A stretch of DNA of 64,000 nucleotides from Chromatiales bacterium (GCA_020445605.1 JAGRGH010000006.1:69465-133464); one strand, 5' to 3'. Counted from the stretch's first letter, positions 28,521-38,239 are shown. Numbers and translations are program-made. Notes: generated by a model not told the origin, from the letters alone.

Positions 28521-29494
28521 CTCGACGCGGCTCCGGAGCCGGCCCAACGTGCACGAATCTCTGCAAGCATCGTCGCCGCAACGTTTGCCGGGGCGTGCTC
28601 TTTCATCCATTCGGCGCGTTGCGAGCCGACGGCCGATGCGCGGGTGATTGCCAGGTCTACCGCACGCTGCCACGAGCCAACGTCGCGCTCCGAACATACG
28701 ACGACGCCCGGTGCGGCACCAAGAATCGTACTGGTGCGCCCGCGCGACATCACGACCGGTGCATCACAGGCAAGCGCCTCCAGGATTGCCGTCTGGCCGG
28801 CGGGGTGGTTGAAACTCGTGAGCGGCAGCAAGACTGCCGAAGCACGCTGGTAAAGATCACGCAGTTCACGGTACGGCACCCGAACCCGCACATCGACCAG
28901 CGGTTCCCGGTGCGCCTGGTGGTAGTTTGCCACCGCGGGATCGAGGCTGACGCGAACCATGCGATGTCCGGCCCTGGCAAGCGCACAGACCAGAGCCTCG
29001 TCGCGGTCGTTGTCGCCCGGTACGAGCCAGAAGTTGTCGCGTGGCGATGCCGGCGGACGGAAGTAGTCGGTATCGACGAGATAGGGCACCCGTAACGCAT
29101 TCACCCCGTAGACCACACGCATCTGTCGCTCCGTTACGCGGTCGTTGACGAACACCAGCGTTGCACGACGAGCGATCACTCCTAGGCGCCAGGCCTTCAC
29201 GCGATATCGCCAGGTGCCGCAGGGACGCGGCGCGCCCCAGCTCAGAAACGCATGGGCACCCCCACGCAGCGCATACAGAAACGCCTGCGGATCAGGTGCG
29301 ATGCTGAAAAGCAGACTGCGTGCCCTCAGCCACTGCCGCCAGTCCAGGCGTCGCAAGGGGGGATCAGGTAGACTGGCCCCGATCATCTCGAGGACATCGA
29401 AAATGTTTTTCGGATCGTCTTCGCCGAAGCGCGCGCGCCGAAGCGCCATTTCACCGAGTATGAAATCCGATACCAACACGGGCGTTGAGACCAA
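28517..29494 (-). CDS. glycosyltransferase (group 1 / GT-B C-terminal domain)
   Basis: 325 aa; C-terminal GT1 motif (LPLTSFNHPAGQTAILEALACDAPVVMS); 4-nt overlap with downstream GT4. Confidence 0.6.
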   Translation of the reverse strand: MVSTPVLVSDFILGEMALRRARFGEDDPKNIFDVLEMIGASLPDPPLRRLDWRQWLRARSLLFSIAPDPQAFLYALRGGAHAFLSWGAPRPCGTWRYRVKAWRLGVIARRATLVFVNDRVTERQMRVVYGVNALRVPYLVDTDYFRPPASPRDNFWLVPGDNDRDEALVCALARAGHRMVRVSLDPAVANYHQAHREPLVDVRVRVPYRELRDLYQRASAVLLPLTSFNHPAGQTAILEALACDAPVVMSRGRTSTILGAAPGVVVCSERDVGSWQRAVDLAITRASAVGSQRAEWMKEHAPANVAATMLAEIRARWAGSGAASR

Positions 29495-29624
29495 TCATGC
29501 CCGGCGCCGGCCGCGCCCAGGCGGCCGCCATGCTAACAGACGCCTCGGACCTGATCCAGCAAGTCCGGAAGCGAACTCGCGCAAGCCACCAGGCACCTGT
29601 CGCTAGTGTGAACGGGCCCTGACG

Positions 29625-31040
29625 ATGGTGCTACTCTATCTGTCGTTCATACTGGTGGCGCTGGCCGCAAGCCTGGCGCTGTTCAGAAGTCCGCTACACC
29701 CGCACTTCCTCTTCACGCTGGCATTTTCCAACGTACTCGTTATCCCGTATATCGCCGAAGGAAATGAGCACCCGCTGATTCAGGTCATTGCAACCCCGGA
29801 ACGATACTACTATCAGCTCGACCTGCTGGTGGCTTATGTCGCCGTGTTGTTCACCACCGCGATCTACGCGCTGATGCGGCCGGTCAACCTGCGCTTCTCG
29901 TCCATCATGCCCCGCCCGTCGCGCTCGCAGGCGGCGTGGATTGCATTCACCTCGGTCGCATTCATTTTTCTCGAAATCGGCAAGCGACTGTACGCCACGG
30001 ACTGGTCGATAGACGATGCAATCCACCACTCGCTCGCGCCCCGCGGCGAACAACCATGGAGCCGAAAAACCCTGACCGGCGGCGCGCTGCATTTCTATTT
30101 CCTGATCGGGTTCACCATGCCGTTGGCCGGCGTCGCATTTGCATATCTGTCCGCGGCCATGCGACGCGGGCGCCTGCTGAACACCGCTGGACTGCTGATC
30201 ACCTGCATGCTGCTACTTACGGAGGGTTCCCGTACGCCACTGGTCTTTGTACTGGGCGCATGGATCGTCTTCTCGCTACTGTTTCAGCGCACCTGGTTCA
30301 CCCGCCTACTGCCTGTCGCGCTGGCAGGCGGATTGATCGTCGTCGGCACCTCGATCATGATCGAATATCGGGCGACGGGCCTGTCGAATTTTGTCGACGC
30401 CCGATTTGGAATCGACGAAAGCAGTTTCGAAACGCGCTACCACCAGGACGACAGTTATTACTGGGCCTTGCTGGCTCTGCAGCATGCAGACGAGACCGGG
30501 GAACGGCTGGAGGCGAAGGATTTTTTCCTGTCCATGCTGGTCAACCCAATTCCTCGCGCATGGTGGCCGGGTAAACCGCAGACTGACAAGTCGTACTGGA
30601 AGGGATTCAAGCCGTACTGGATCACCAGCAGCGTGTTTGGCGAGATGATCGGAATATTTGGCAGCATTCTGGGCTTGGTAATCGGCTGGATCATGGCCAG
30701 CCTGTCATACGTTCTCCTGCATCGTGTCTCGCCGATCGCATTGCGGCCGCTGGGAATCATGCCGTATCTGGCCATTGCACTGTACGTGTACATGTTCCTG
30801 CGATCCGCCCTGAATCTGACGCAGTTCATCTACCTGCCGGCCGCGGTGTTTCTCGTTTACGCCCTGTTCTCACGGTCAGGCAAGCGACGCCGGAAAACGA
30901 TGCAGCGCCGCCCGATTGCACCAACGCTGCAACAACCACCGCGTCCACCTGAAGAATTGCGCCAGGCCCCGCGCCGCACACCAGGTCACTCGCCGGAACT
31001 CGCCCGCGAACCCCGGCTCACCGGTAACCCGCTGGCCTGA
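29625..31040 (+). CDS. O-antigen/oligosaccharide repeat-unit polymerase (Wzy-like) membrane protein
   Basis: 471 aa, ~11 TM with a large periplasmic loop; divergent from the GT operon, within the polysaccharide locus. Confidence 0.55.
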   Translation: MVLLYLSFILVALAASLALFRSPLHPHFLFTLAFSNVLVIPYIAEGNEHPLIQVIATPERYYYQLDLLVAYVAVLFTTAIYALMRPVNLRFSSIMPRPSRSQAAWIAFTSVAFIFLEIGKRLYATDWSIDDAIHHSLAPRGEQPWSRKTLTGGALHFYFLIGFTMPLAGVAFAYLSAAMRRGRLLNTAGLLITCMLLLTEGSRTPLVFVLGAWIVFSLLFQRTWFTRLLPVALAGGLIVVGTSIMIEYRATGLSNFVDARFGIDESSFETRYHQDDSYYWALLALQHADETGERLEAKDFFLSMLVNPIPRAWWPGKPQTDKSYWKGFKPYWITSSVFGEMIGIFGSILGLVIGWIMASLSYVLLHRVSPIALRPLGIMPYLAIALYVYMFLRSALNLTQFIYLPAAVFLVYALFSRSGKRRRKTMQRRPIAPTLQQPPRPPEELRQAPRRTPGHSPELAREPRLTGNPLA

Positions 31041-31083
31041 TTCAAGCCATCGTTCCGCAGGTCGGGCGGCCATCTCCCGCAGC

Positions 31084-32043
31084 CTATCGTCGCGCGAGGC
31101 GTGCTATCCAACGAAGGACGATGAACCGGACCATGATCAAAAGCTGTGCAGGATAGATCATCTCGAGCGCAACCGAACGCCAGCCACGCCCCATCAGCGC
31201 GGTTGTTTGCTTTCGAGGAGCCTCCGGCACACCCACCAGCGCACGCAAGATCATCACCCTTCGCACGTCATAGCGCCCGAGCACCCTTTGAACCGAAACC
31301 GGCACGAGCCCGAGCTTCGCAATGAACTGACGCAGGGTGGTCATGGAAAAGTAACCGACGTGACATGAATCCCCGAGCTTGCGTTTGACCATGGGTGTGT
31401 ACAGCTCGAACGGAACCTCGATATACAGATGCCCACCTGGGCGCACCACGGCAATGGCGCGTTCGAGCAATTCCGTGGGCGACCACACATGCTCAAGGAT
31501 GTGGTTCATGATTGCGAGGTCGTAGCTCTTCTCCGACCCGAGCCGATCAACCGTCGTACGTCGGATCTCGATGGTCGGGTGGACTGGCGCGCCGCCCGAC
31601 ATATCGACCACGGTCACCCGATGCCCGTGTTCCGCGAGCACCCGGCTCACGTGCCCGATTCCGCCACCGATGTCCAGAACCCGCCGTGGTGAATCGAGAT
31701 TCAGATGCCGCCGAAGGAACTGGAACAGTTCATCTGCCCTGCGATCATGACCAGCGAGTTCCGTGGACACCACATGTTCGCCGCCGCGTTGAGCGTACAA
31801 ACGGGTCAATTGTTCATCGCTTAGCACTCCGGGCTTGAACGTCCATCCGCAATTGCGGCAGGCAACGGTCGTGTATGCCGACCCGGTCACACCGAGCGAT
31901 GCAAGCTCGGCGTCGGTGCGCGGGTCGCGGGCAACCAGTTCAACGAATGGTGCCGGCTGTCCGCAGAGATCGCAGTGATCGACCCAGCGGACCGGGGCCT
32001 CCCCGGGCTGTTCCTGCACTCGCTTGTCCGTCATGTCAGTCAT
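31084..32043 (-). CDS. class I SAM-dependent methyltransferase with N-terminal Cys4 zinc-ribbon
   Basis: CDLCG…CRNCG ribbon; motif I VLDIGGGIGHVS, motif post-I VTVVDMS, acidic motif II AIMNHILEHV. Confidence 0.7.
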   Translation of the reverse strand: MTDMTDKRVQEQPGEAPVRWVDHCDLCGQPAPFVELVARDPRTDAELASLGVTGSAYTTVACRNCGWTFKPGVLSDEQLTRLYAQRGGEHVVSTELAGHDRRADELFQFLRRHLNLDSPRRVLDIGGGIGHVSRVLAEHGHRVTVVDMSGGAPVHPTIEIRRTTVDRLGSEKSYDLAIMNHILEHVWSPTELLERAIAVVRPGGHLYIEVPFELYTPMVKRKLGDSCHVGYFSMTTLRQFIAKLGLVPVSVQRVLGRYDVRRVMILRALVGVPEAPRKQTTALMGRGWRSVALEMIYPAQLLIMVRFIVLRWIARLARR

Positions 32044-33335
32044 CGATTGGCTCGCCCCATTGCGGCCGACAGTATTCGTCGGACCATCGAAAGACGCAGC
32101 GACAGCAACTCGACGGTGTTCGCCTCGAAGTGACTGGCCGCCGCCCGCGCAAGCACGTAAAGCTCACACAGCGCGCCCACATTCACACCCAGCACCACGC
32201 CGTAGACACCAAGCGATGGCTCAGTGACCACGGAAACGCCGATCACCAACAGCACACCGAGAGCACGCGCGCGGATGCCGCCGCGAACCACACCGCGGCC
32301 ACGCAGTACGTGGTCGAACATCAGCGCGACACCGCTGAGCGCGCTCGCGGGCACGATAGCCAGCATGATCGGCACGGCCGCCGAGAACGCCTCGCCGAAC
32401 AGCAGCGGCAGCAAGTGGGGACCGACCACCATTACGATCAACATGATCGCCACGGCGGCAACGATGGCGATCTGCGCCCGCTCGATCAACCACTGTGCAC
32501 CCAGTTCGTCGCCCGCCGATGCCACACGCGCGAACGACAGCGACGCCATCGCCGTGGCAAAGCTTGACTGCGCGGATGCGAAAACGAACGCGACCGCATA
32601 CAGACCCAGGGTATGCGAATCCGACAGCGCGATCAGCATCACCTGCGCGATATAGATGTTGAGGGCCTGCAATGCGTTTGATCCCGCGAACGGCCAGGCA
32701 CCGCGCAACAAGCTCCGCAGCGTAAAATCCGGTTCGGCCATTGCCGCCGGTTCGTGACCGCGCAGCACGATGACCAGCGAGACCACCACGCCGAGCGCCG
32801 CCGCAAATCCAAACGCGGCGGCGACGACAGACACTTGCGCAGATGCCGAAAGCGCCACAACGCTAAGCAATGTCACGTAGACGAGGCTGAACGACAGACG
32901 GCTCAGGTTGTATGCGCGATGGTCCTCGCGCCCGAGTGCGATCGAAAATACCAGCACGTTGGCGACGCTGGCGGCGATCACCAGCAACATCGCGCGGCTC
33001 GTGCCCAGCAGATGCAGCTTGTCGCCCGGCAATACCGCGGGCAACAACCACCAGCCGATGAACGCGCCCAGGCCGCCGGCAATCAATGCCGCCCTCAATG
33101 CAAGACCGACCAACGCTCGGACCGAACGTCGGTTCGCGGCCGCCAGGCGCGCGGTCTCCACATCCATGCCGACCAGCGCGACATTGGCGAGCAGCATTGG
33201 CCAAAGAAGTACGGCTGCAAACTCGCCGCGTCCTTCCGGACCGAGCATGCGAGCCAGCAGCACGCCGGACACGGCGGCCAAAGCCTGGATGCCCAGGTTC
33301 GTGGCCGTGGTGTAAACAACCGCGCGGCGCATCAC
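32040..33335 (-). CDS. polysaccharide biosynthesis flippase (Wzx / MOP superfamily)
   Basis: 431 aa, 12-14 TM, typical N-terminal LGPEGRGEFAAV…; 4-nt overlap with the methyltransferase gene. Confidence 0.65.
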   Translation of the reverse strand: MMRRAVVYTTATNLGIQALAAVSGVLLARMLGPEGRGEFAAVLLWPMLLANVALVGMDVETARLAAANRRSVRALVGLALRAALIAGGLGAFIGWWLLPAVLPGDKLHLLGTSRAMLLVIAASVANVLVFSIALGREDHRAYNLSRLSFSLVYVTLLSVVALSASAQVSVVAAAFGFAAALGVVVSLVIVLRGHEPAAMAEPDFTLRSLLRGAWPFAGSNALQALNIYIAQVMLIALSDSHTLGLYAVAFVFASAQSSFATAMASLSFARVASAGDELGAQWLIERAQIAIVAAVAIMLIVMVVGPHLLPLLFGEAFSAAVPIMLAIVPASALSGVALMFDHVLRGRGVVRGGIRARALGVLLVIGVSVVTEPSLGVYGVVLGVNVGALCELYVLARAAASHFEANTVELLSLRLSMVRRILSAAMGRANR

Positions 33336-33400
33336 GGGTCAGGCGTTCGCCCCGGTAACGAAACGAAGTGTGCAGGCTTACAACACGGAGGCATGCTCAG

Positions 33401-34426
33401 TCAATCTGGATGCTCTAACAAATAATCACCGAGCACCCGGGCCACCAGACGATGCCCGTCGGCGGTCCAGTGAGGATCATGTGCAAAATGGTAACGTAGT
33501 GGTTCGCCTCCCGCCTCCAGCGCCGCACGGGGGTCGACGACCTCAAAGCCCCGCCGTCGTGCTCCGTCCACGAACGCCCGGTGGTAACGATCCGCCAACT
33601 CGCGGTAGCCGTCCAGCCACAGGCCGCGTGACGGGACGATCAAAATCACACGCCGCTCAATGCCGACACTGATCTCCTCGAGTCGCTTGAGCGAGTCGTC
33701 GATGACCTGCTGGTCAAAGTCGCCCGCGACCAATCCGTCATGGGGCGTTCCCGCCAGGCCCGCGTCCACCGTAAGCTCATGCAGCCAGGGTGAACGCCGC
33801 AGCATCGTGGTTGCATACACATACAGCGCCGAATGTGCTTTAAGCGCCTGCTTTGTCCGAACCGTCAACGATGCACCCTGTGTACCGCTAGCTCGCGACT
33901 CCGTCGTGGCCTGCGAGTAGCGATACAGGTCATTCTCCATGCAAATTCCAAAGATGACTTTTTCGACAGGCGCATTGAAGCCGCGCGCGTAGTGAATCAG
34001 GCGCCCGTAATTGTTGAAGTCGCCCGGAATGGCGACATTGAAGATGTCACGGCCCAGTCGTTGCACCAGCAGTTCGCCGAACCGCTCCGTCGCTTCTACG
34101 CCGTGCCCCATGCTGTAGGAGTCTCCAACAAGGAACCAGTCGTCAGCGTCCGCGCGGGCGAGATCCCGCGCATCGCGCAATCCGTACCCATTGAAACGCA
34201 TCTCGACATCAAAGTCGCCGGACGGATCGACATGCCGAACCACCGTCGCCTTCGGACCCAGGGTTGGCTGGTCACCGTCGCCCGTCACGAACCGAACCAG
34301 TCCACTCGGATCGTAGGCCGGCAGCAGAATTCGCACCGCGAATTCCGCAAGCACGAGGCTCACGGCGAGCACAAATAGAGTCAAGGGCAGGTTTGCAATC
34401 AGGCGCTTCATCGCGTTCCGGATCAT
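33401..34426 (-). CDS. SGNH/GDSL-family hydrolase (polysaccharide-modifying esterase/acyltransferase-like), N-terminal TM
   Basis: 341 aa; block I FLVGDSYSMG, C-terminal HFAHDPHWTADGH (catalytic Asp-x-x-His); paralogue of 44616-45701. Confidence 0.65.
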   Translation of the reverse strand: MIRNAMKRLIANLPLTLFVLAVSLVLAEFAVRILLPAYDPSGLVRFVTGDGDQPTLGPKATVVRHVDPSGDFDVEMRFNGYGLRDARDLARADADDWFLVGDSYSMGHGVEATERFGELLVQRLGRDIFNVAIPGDFNNYGRLIHYARGFNAPVEKVIFGICMENDLYRYSQATTESRASGTQGASLTVRTKQALKAHSALYVYATTMLRRSPWLHELTVDAGLAGTPHDGLVAGDFDQQVIDDSLKRLEEISVGIERRVILIVPSRGLWLDGYRELADRYHRAFVDGARRRGFEVVDPRAALEAGGEPLRYHFAHDPHWTADGHRLVARVLGDYLLEHPD

Positions 34427-34712
34427 CAGCGGGCCTCGCCTGCAAACGCTGTCGCGGTCGACGTTTCAGGACGCATTGCAGAAAACCGGTCGAAGTGACC
34501 TCGACTGCCCGGCCGCCACTCGTCCCGCAGACGAAGCATAGACCGGCAAGCCGCAGACTCCCCTCCGGCCGGCACCTTGTTTTCCGATCTCGCGCATCAG
34601 ACTGGCAACGGCCAGTCGCGACGCGAATCGGTTCCCACCGGTGCCCGGGCGCCACCGGTAAGGGGCGCAGTCTGTGGCGGCGTCCGAGCGAGGTCAAGCC
34701 TGCCCACGCCCG

Positions 34713-34721
34713 TCCGCGGTG
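34713..34721 (+). promoter_or_regulatory. candidate extended -10 element (TGTTAGAAT) for the carbamoyltransferase operon
   Basis: TGn-TAGAAT ~40 nt upstream of the TTG start at 34760; embedded in the 11-mer gcggtgttaga that recurs upstream of the rSAM gene (54839-54850). Confidence 0.3.
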
Positions 34722-34759
34722 TTAGAATCGCGGCCCTTTGCTGCGCCAGTGACCCCGGT

Positions 34760-36610
34760 TTGACCGCCCCGACCCGCATCCTCGGCCTGTCCGCCTACTA
34801 CCACGACGCCGCGGCCGCGCTGGTCGAGGACGGCCGCATCGTCGCGGCCGCGCAGCAGGAACGATTCACCCGCAAGAAGCACGATGCAGCGTTTCCGGAC
34901 GCGGCAATCCGCTACTGTCTGGGCGAGGCCGGCATCGCGCTGGCCGATGTCGATCGCATCGTCTTCTACGACAAGCCGCTGCTCAAGTTCGAGCGCCTGC
35001 TGGAGACCTATCTGGCGTACTCGCCGCAGGGCTTCCGCTCGTTTTTGGCCGCAATGCCCGTGTGGCTCAAGGACAAGCTGTTCCTGAAGACCACGCTCCG
35101 ACGCGAACTCGCAGCCCTCGGGGACATCTCCGAGAAGGCGCTGCCGTCGCTGCTGTTCTCCGAACACCACCAGTCGCACGCGGCTTCGGCGTTCTTCCCG
35201 AGCCCCTACCAGCGCGCCGCGGTCATGTGCCTGGACGGGGTCGGTGAGTGGGCCACGACCTCGGTCTGGCTCGGCCACGACAATCAGGTCGAGGCGCAAT
35301 GGGAGATCGACTTCCCGCATTCGCTGGGCCTGCTCTACTCGGCGTTCACGTATTTCACCGGTTTCAAGGTCAACTCCGGCGAGTACAAGCTGATGGGGCT
35401 CGCGCCCTACGGCGAGCCGAAATACGTCAGGACCATCCGGGAGAACCTGCTGGACATCAAGGACGACGGCACCTTCCGGCTGAACATGAAGTACTTCAAC
35501 TACGCGACGGGACTGACGATGACCAACCGTCGCTTCGCCGAACTGTTCGGCGGACCGGCGCGCAAACCCGAGAGCCCCGTGACGCAGCGCGAGATGGACC
35601 TGGCCGCATCGGTACAGGTCGTGACCGAAGATGTCGTGCTTGCGCTCGCGCGTACGGTTGCGAAAGAGACCGGCGAGAAGAACCTGTGCCTGGCCGGCGG
35701 CGTGGCGCTGAACTGTGTGGCGAACGGCCGCCTGCTGCGCGAGGGACCGTTCGAGTCCGTCTGGATCCAGCCCGCGGCCGGAGATGCCGGCGGCGCGCTG
35801 GGTGCGGCACTCATGGCCTGGCATCAATATCTGGACCGTCCACGGTCGGTGAACGGCAGTGATGCCATGCACGGTGCCTACCTCGGCCCGCGCTATGGCG
35901 ATGGGGCGATCCGCGCGTCACTCGACGAACTGGGTGCGAGCTACGAGCGACTCGATGACGCGGCGCTGTTCGAGCGGCTTGCGGAAATCCTCGACAATGA
36001 AAACGTCGTCGGCTGGTTCCAGGGCCGCATGGAGTTCGGTCCGCGCGCGCTGGGTGGTCGCTCGATCGTCGGCGATCCGCGCAGCGCGAAGATGCAGTCG
36101 GTCATGAACCTGAAGATCAAGTACCGCGAATCGTTCCGGCCATTCGCCCCGGCGGTGAAGGCCGAGCGCGTGTCCGAATGGTTCGGACTCGACAGCGAAA
36201 GCCCCTACATGCTCATCGTCGCGCCCGTCGCTGAACCGCGCCGCCGTGAGATGAGCGATGAGGAAAAAGGCCTGTTCGGCATCCAGAAACTCCACGTGCC
36301 ACGCTCGGAGATTCCCGCGGTGACGCATGTGGACTACTCCGCGCGCATCCAGACCGTGCACACCGCAACCAATCCGCGCTTTCATGCACTGCTCGATGCC
36401 TTCGAGCAGCGCACGGGTTGCCCGGTGCTCGTGAACACCTCGTTCAACGTGCGCGGCGAGCCGATTGTGTGCACGCCCGAAGACGCCTACCGCTGCTTCA
36501 TGCGCACCGAGATGGACTATCTGGTCCTCGAAAACTACCTGCTCGCCAAGCCTGCCCAGCCGGAATGGGTCGAACAGGGCGACTGGCGCAACGAGTTCGA
36601 ACTGGATTGA
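34760..36610 (+). CDS. carbamoyltransferase (NodU/CmcH/TobZ family)
   Basis: N-terminus …RILGLSAYYHDAAAALVEDGRIVAAAQQERFTRKKHD is the canonical family N-terminus; ~617 aa; start assigned to TTG 34760 (the upstream 60 codons of the ORF are Arg-rich and low-complexity); exact start uncertain. Confidence 0.8.
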   Translation: MTAPTRILGLSAYYHDAAAALVEDGRIVAAAQQERFTRKKHDAAFPDAAIRYCLGEAGIALADVDRIVFYDKPLLKFERLLETYLAYSPQGFRSFLAAMPVWLKDKLFLKTTLRRELAALGDISEKALPSLLFSEHHQSHAASAFFPSPYQRAAVMCLDGVGEWATTSVWLGHDNQVEAQWEIDFPHSLGLLYSAFTYFTGFKVNSGEYKLMGLAPYGEPKYVRTIRENLLDIKDDGTFRLNMKYFNYATGLTMTNRRFAELFGGPARKPESPVTQREMDLAASVQVVTEDVVLALARTVAKETGEKNLCLAGGVALNCVANGRLLREGPFESVWIQPAAGDAGGALGAALMAWHQYLDRPRSVNGSDAMHGAYLGPRYGDGAIRASLDELGASYERLDDAALFERLAEILDNENVVGWFQGRMEFGPRALGGRSIVGDPRSAKMQSVMNLKIKYRESFRPFAPAVKAERVSEWFGLDSESPYMLIVAPVAEPRRREMSDEEKGLFGIQKLHVPRSEIPAVTHVDYSARIQTVHTATNPRFHALLDAFEQRTGCPVLVNTSFNVRGEPIVCTPEDAYRCFMRTEMDYLVLENYLLAKPAQPEWVEQGDWRNEFELD

Positions 36611-37017
36611 ACGCGCCGCCCACCACACCGCCGGGCGCGAAGGAACTGCGCAGCTTCGGTCTGATCATGGGCGGCATCATCGCCGCGCTGTTCGGGCTGC
36701 TGATTCCGTGGCTGTTCGATCACGCCTGGCCGCTGTGGCCATGGATCGTCGCGGGTGCGTTCGCGCTCGTGGCGCTGGCCTATCCGCCAGCACTGGCGCC
36801 GGTCTACCGCGGCTGGATGGCCTTCGGCCGCATCGCCGGGGCGATCAACACGCGCATCATTCTGGCGATCCTGTTCTACGGCATGTTGTTGCCGATCGGC
36901 TTCGTGCTGCGGCTGTTCGGGCGCGATCCGATGTTCCGCCGCTACGATCCACGCGCCGAAACCTACCGCGTCGCCAGCCGGCGGCGCGAACGCAATCACC
37001 CGGAGCGACCCTTCTGA
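36607..37017 (+). CDS. SxtJ-like small membrane protein (carbamoyltransferase-associated)
   Basis: TTG overlapping the upstream stop (TTGA); 2-3 TM (…KELRSFGLIMGGIIAALFGLLIPWLF…); sits in the conserved carbamoyltransferase–SxtJ–DUF5989 position; start alternatively ATG 36664. Confidence 0.5.
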   Translation: MNAPPTTPPGAKELRSFGLIMGGIIAALFGLLIPWLFDHAWPLWPWIVAGAFALVALAYPPALAPVYRGWMAFGRIAGAINTRIILAILFYGMLLPIGFVLRLFGRDPMFRRYDPRAETYRVASRRRERNHPERPF

Positions 37018-37169
37018 TGCTGGACCTGCTCAAAGACCTGTGGGCCTTCATGCGCGAGCGCAAGAAATTCTGGCTGGCGCCAATCATCATCGTGATGCTG
37101 CTGCTCGGCGCACTGCTCGTGCTGGGCTCTGGCTCCGCGGTCGCGCCGTTTATCTACACGCTGTTCTAG
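37017..37169 (+). CDS. DUF5989 (SxtK-like) small membrane protein
   Basis: 50 aa MLDLLKDLWAFMRERKKFWLAPIIIVMLLLGALLVLGSGSAVAPFIYTLF – diagnostic FWLAPII…GS.APFIYTLF pattern; start overlaps upstream stop. Confidence 0.6.
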   Translation: MLDLLKDLWAFMRERKKFWLAPIIIVMLLLGALLVLGSGSAVAPFIYTLF

Positions 37170-37252
37170 AAGCGCCAGATGGACTTGCCGATGCGTACTG
37201 TTCACAGACCGCCGTCGGCCCAGGTTACGGCCCGCGAAGCACTGGCTGCCCG

Positions 37253-38125
37253 GTGAGCGAAACGGCCGGAACGAGGGTTCTGGTGCTGGGCGCGACCGGA
37301 ATGCTCGGCAACGCAATCCTGAGGTTGCTCTCGCAGTCCGATCAACTGGAAGTTCATGGCTCGGCTCGCTCTGCCGGGCTGCCAGTGCGTTTCCCGCAGA
37401 AACTCGGCGGGCGTGTGATCACCGGCGTTGATGTGGAGAATCCGGATGCGCTGATGCGCCTCTTTTCCACGGTGCGGCCGGACGTTGTAATCAACTGCGT
37501 AGGCCTGGTCAAGCAACTGGCAGAAGCGAAAGATCCGCTTGCGGCGTTGCCCATCAACTCGATCCTGCCCCACCGGCTCGCGCGGTTCTGCGAACTGGCC
37601 GGCGCGCGCCTGATCCACTTCAGCACGGACTGTGTGTTCAGCGGTTCGAGGGGCATGTACCAGGAAAGCGACCCGGCGGACGCGAAGGATTTGTACGGAA
37701 GAAGCAAGTATCTGGGGGAAGTCGCCTATTCGAACTGCCTGACGCTGCGAACCTCGATCATTGGACACGAGTTGAACAGCGCCCGCAGTCTTATCGGCTG
37801 GTTCCTGTCGCAGTCCGGCCGCGTGAAGGGATTCAGCAAGGCCGTTTTCTCTGGACTGCCCACGGTGGAAGTAGCAAAGGTACTCAGGGACTTCGTGATC
37901 CCGAAGCCGGATCTGAGCGGCCTTTACCACCTGTCCGCCGAGCCGATCAGCAAGTTCGATCTTTTGAGCCTGGTTGCCGAAATCTACGCCAAGGAGATCG
38001 AAATCCAGCCGGATGATTCATTCGTGATCGATCGCTCGCTGAACTCCGAGCGATTCCGAAAGGCCACCGGATATACGCCAAGCTCATGGCGAACGATGAT
38101 CGAGACCATGCGTGATTTCGGCTGA
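37253..38125 (+). CDS. NAD(P)-dependent sugar-nucleotide reductase (RmlD / dTDP-4-dehydrorhamnose reductase-like SDR)
   Basis: GTG start; LVLGATGMLG Rossmann, YGRSK catalytic Tyr-x3-Lys, ~290 aa. Confidence 0.7.
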   Translation: MSETAGTRVLVLGATGMLGNAILRLLSQSDQLEVHGSARSAGLPVRFPQKLGGRVITGVDVENPDALMRLFSTVRPDVVINCVGLVKQLAEAKDPLAALPINSILPHRLARFCELAGARLIHFSTDCVFSGSRGMYQESDPADAKDLYGRSKYLGEVAYSNCLTLRTSIIGHELNSARSLIGWFLSQSGRVKGFSKAVFSGLPTVEVAKVLRDFVIPKPDLSGLYHLSAEPISKFDLLSLVAEIYAKEIEIQPDDSFVIDRSLNSERFRKATGYTPSSWRTMIETMRDFG

Positions 38126-38148
38126 TCCGCGGATCAGCCGAAATCACG
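38111..38148. other. perfect 38-bp palindrome (hairpin) overlapping the reductase stop codon, between convergent genes
   Basis: cgtgatttcggctgatccgc|ggatcagccgaaatcacg: 19-nt arms, zero mismatches; no downstream U-tract. Confidence 0.5.
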
Positions 38149-38239
38149 CCGCAACCCGCAAATCTTCCCCGCAATTTGGTAGCCCGTGGCACAGCCGACC
38201 TGCACCACGGTCTCGTTGCCGGGGGAAGCGGCGTCGCGC

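Noticed and set aside
34694-35872. 392-aa minus-strand ORF
   Set aside because: Antisense to the carbamoyltransferase.
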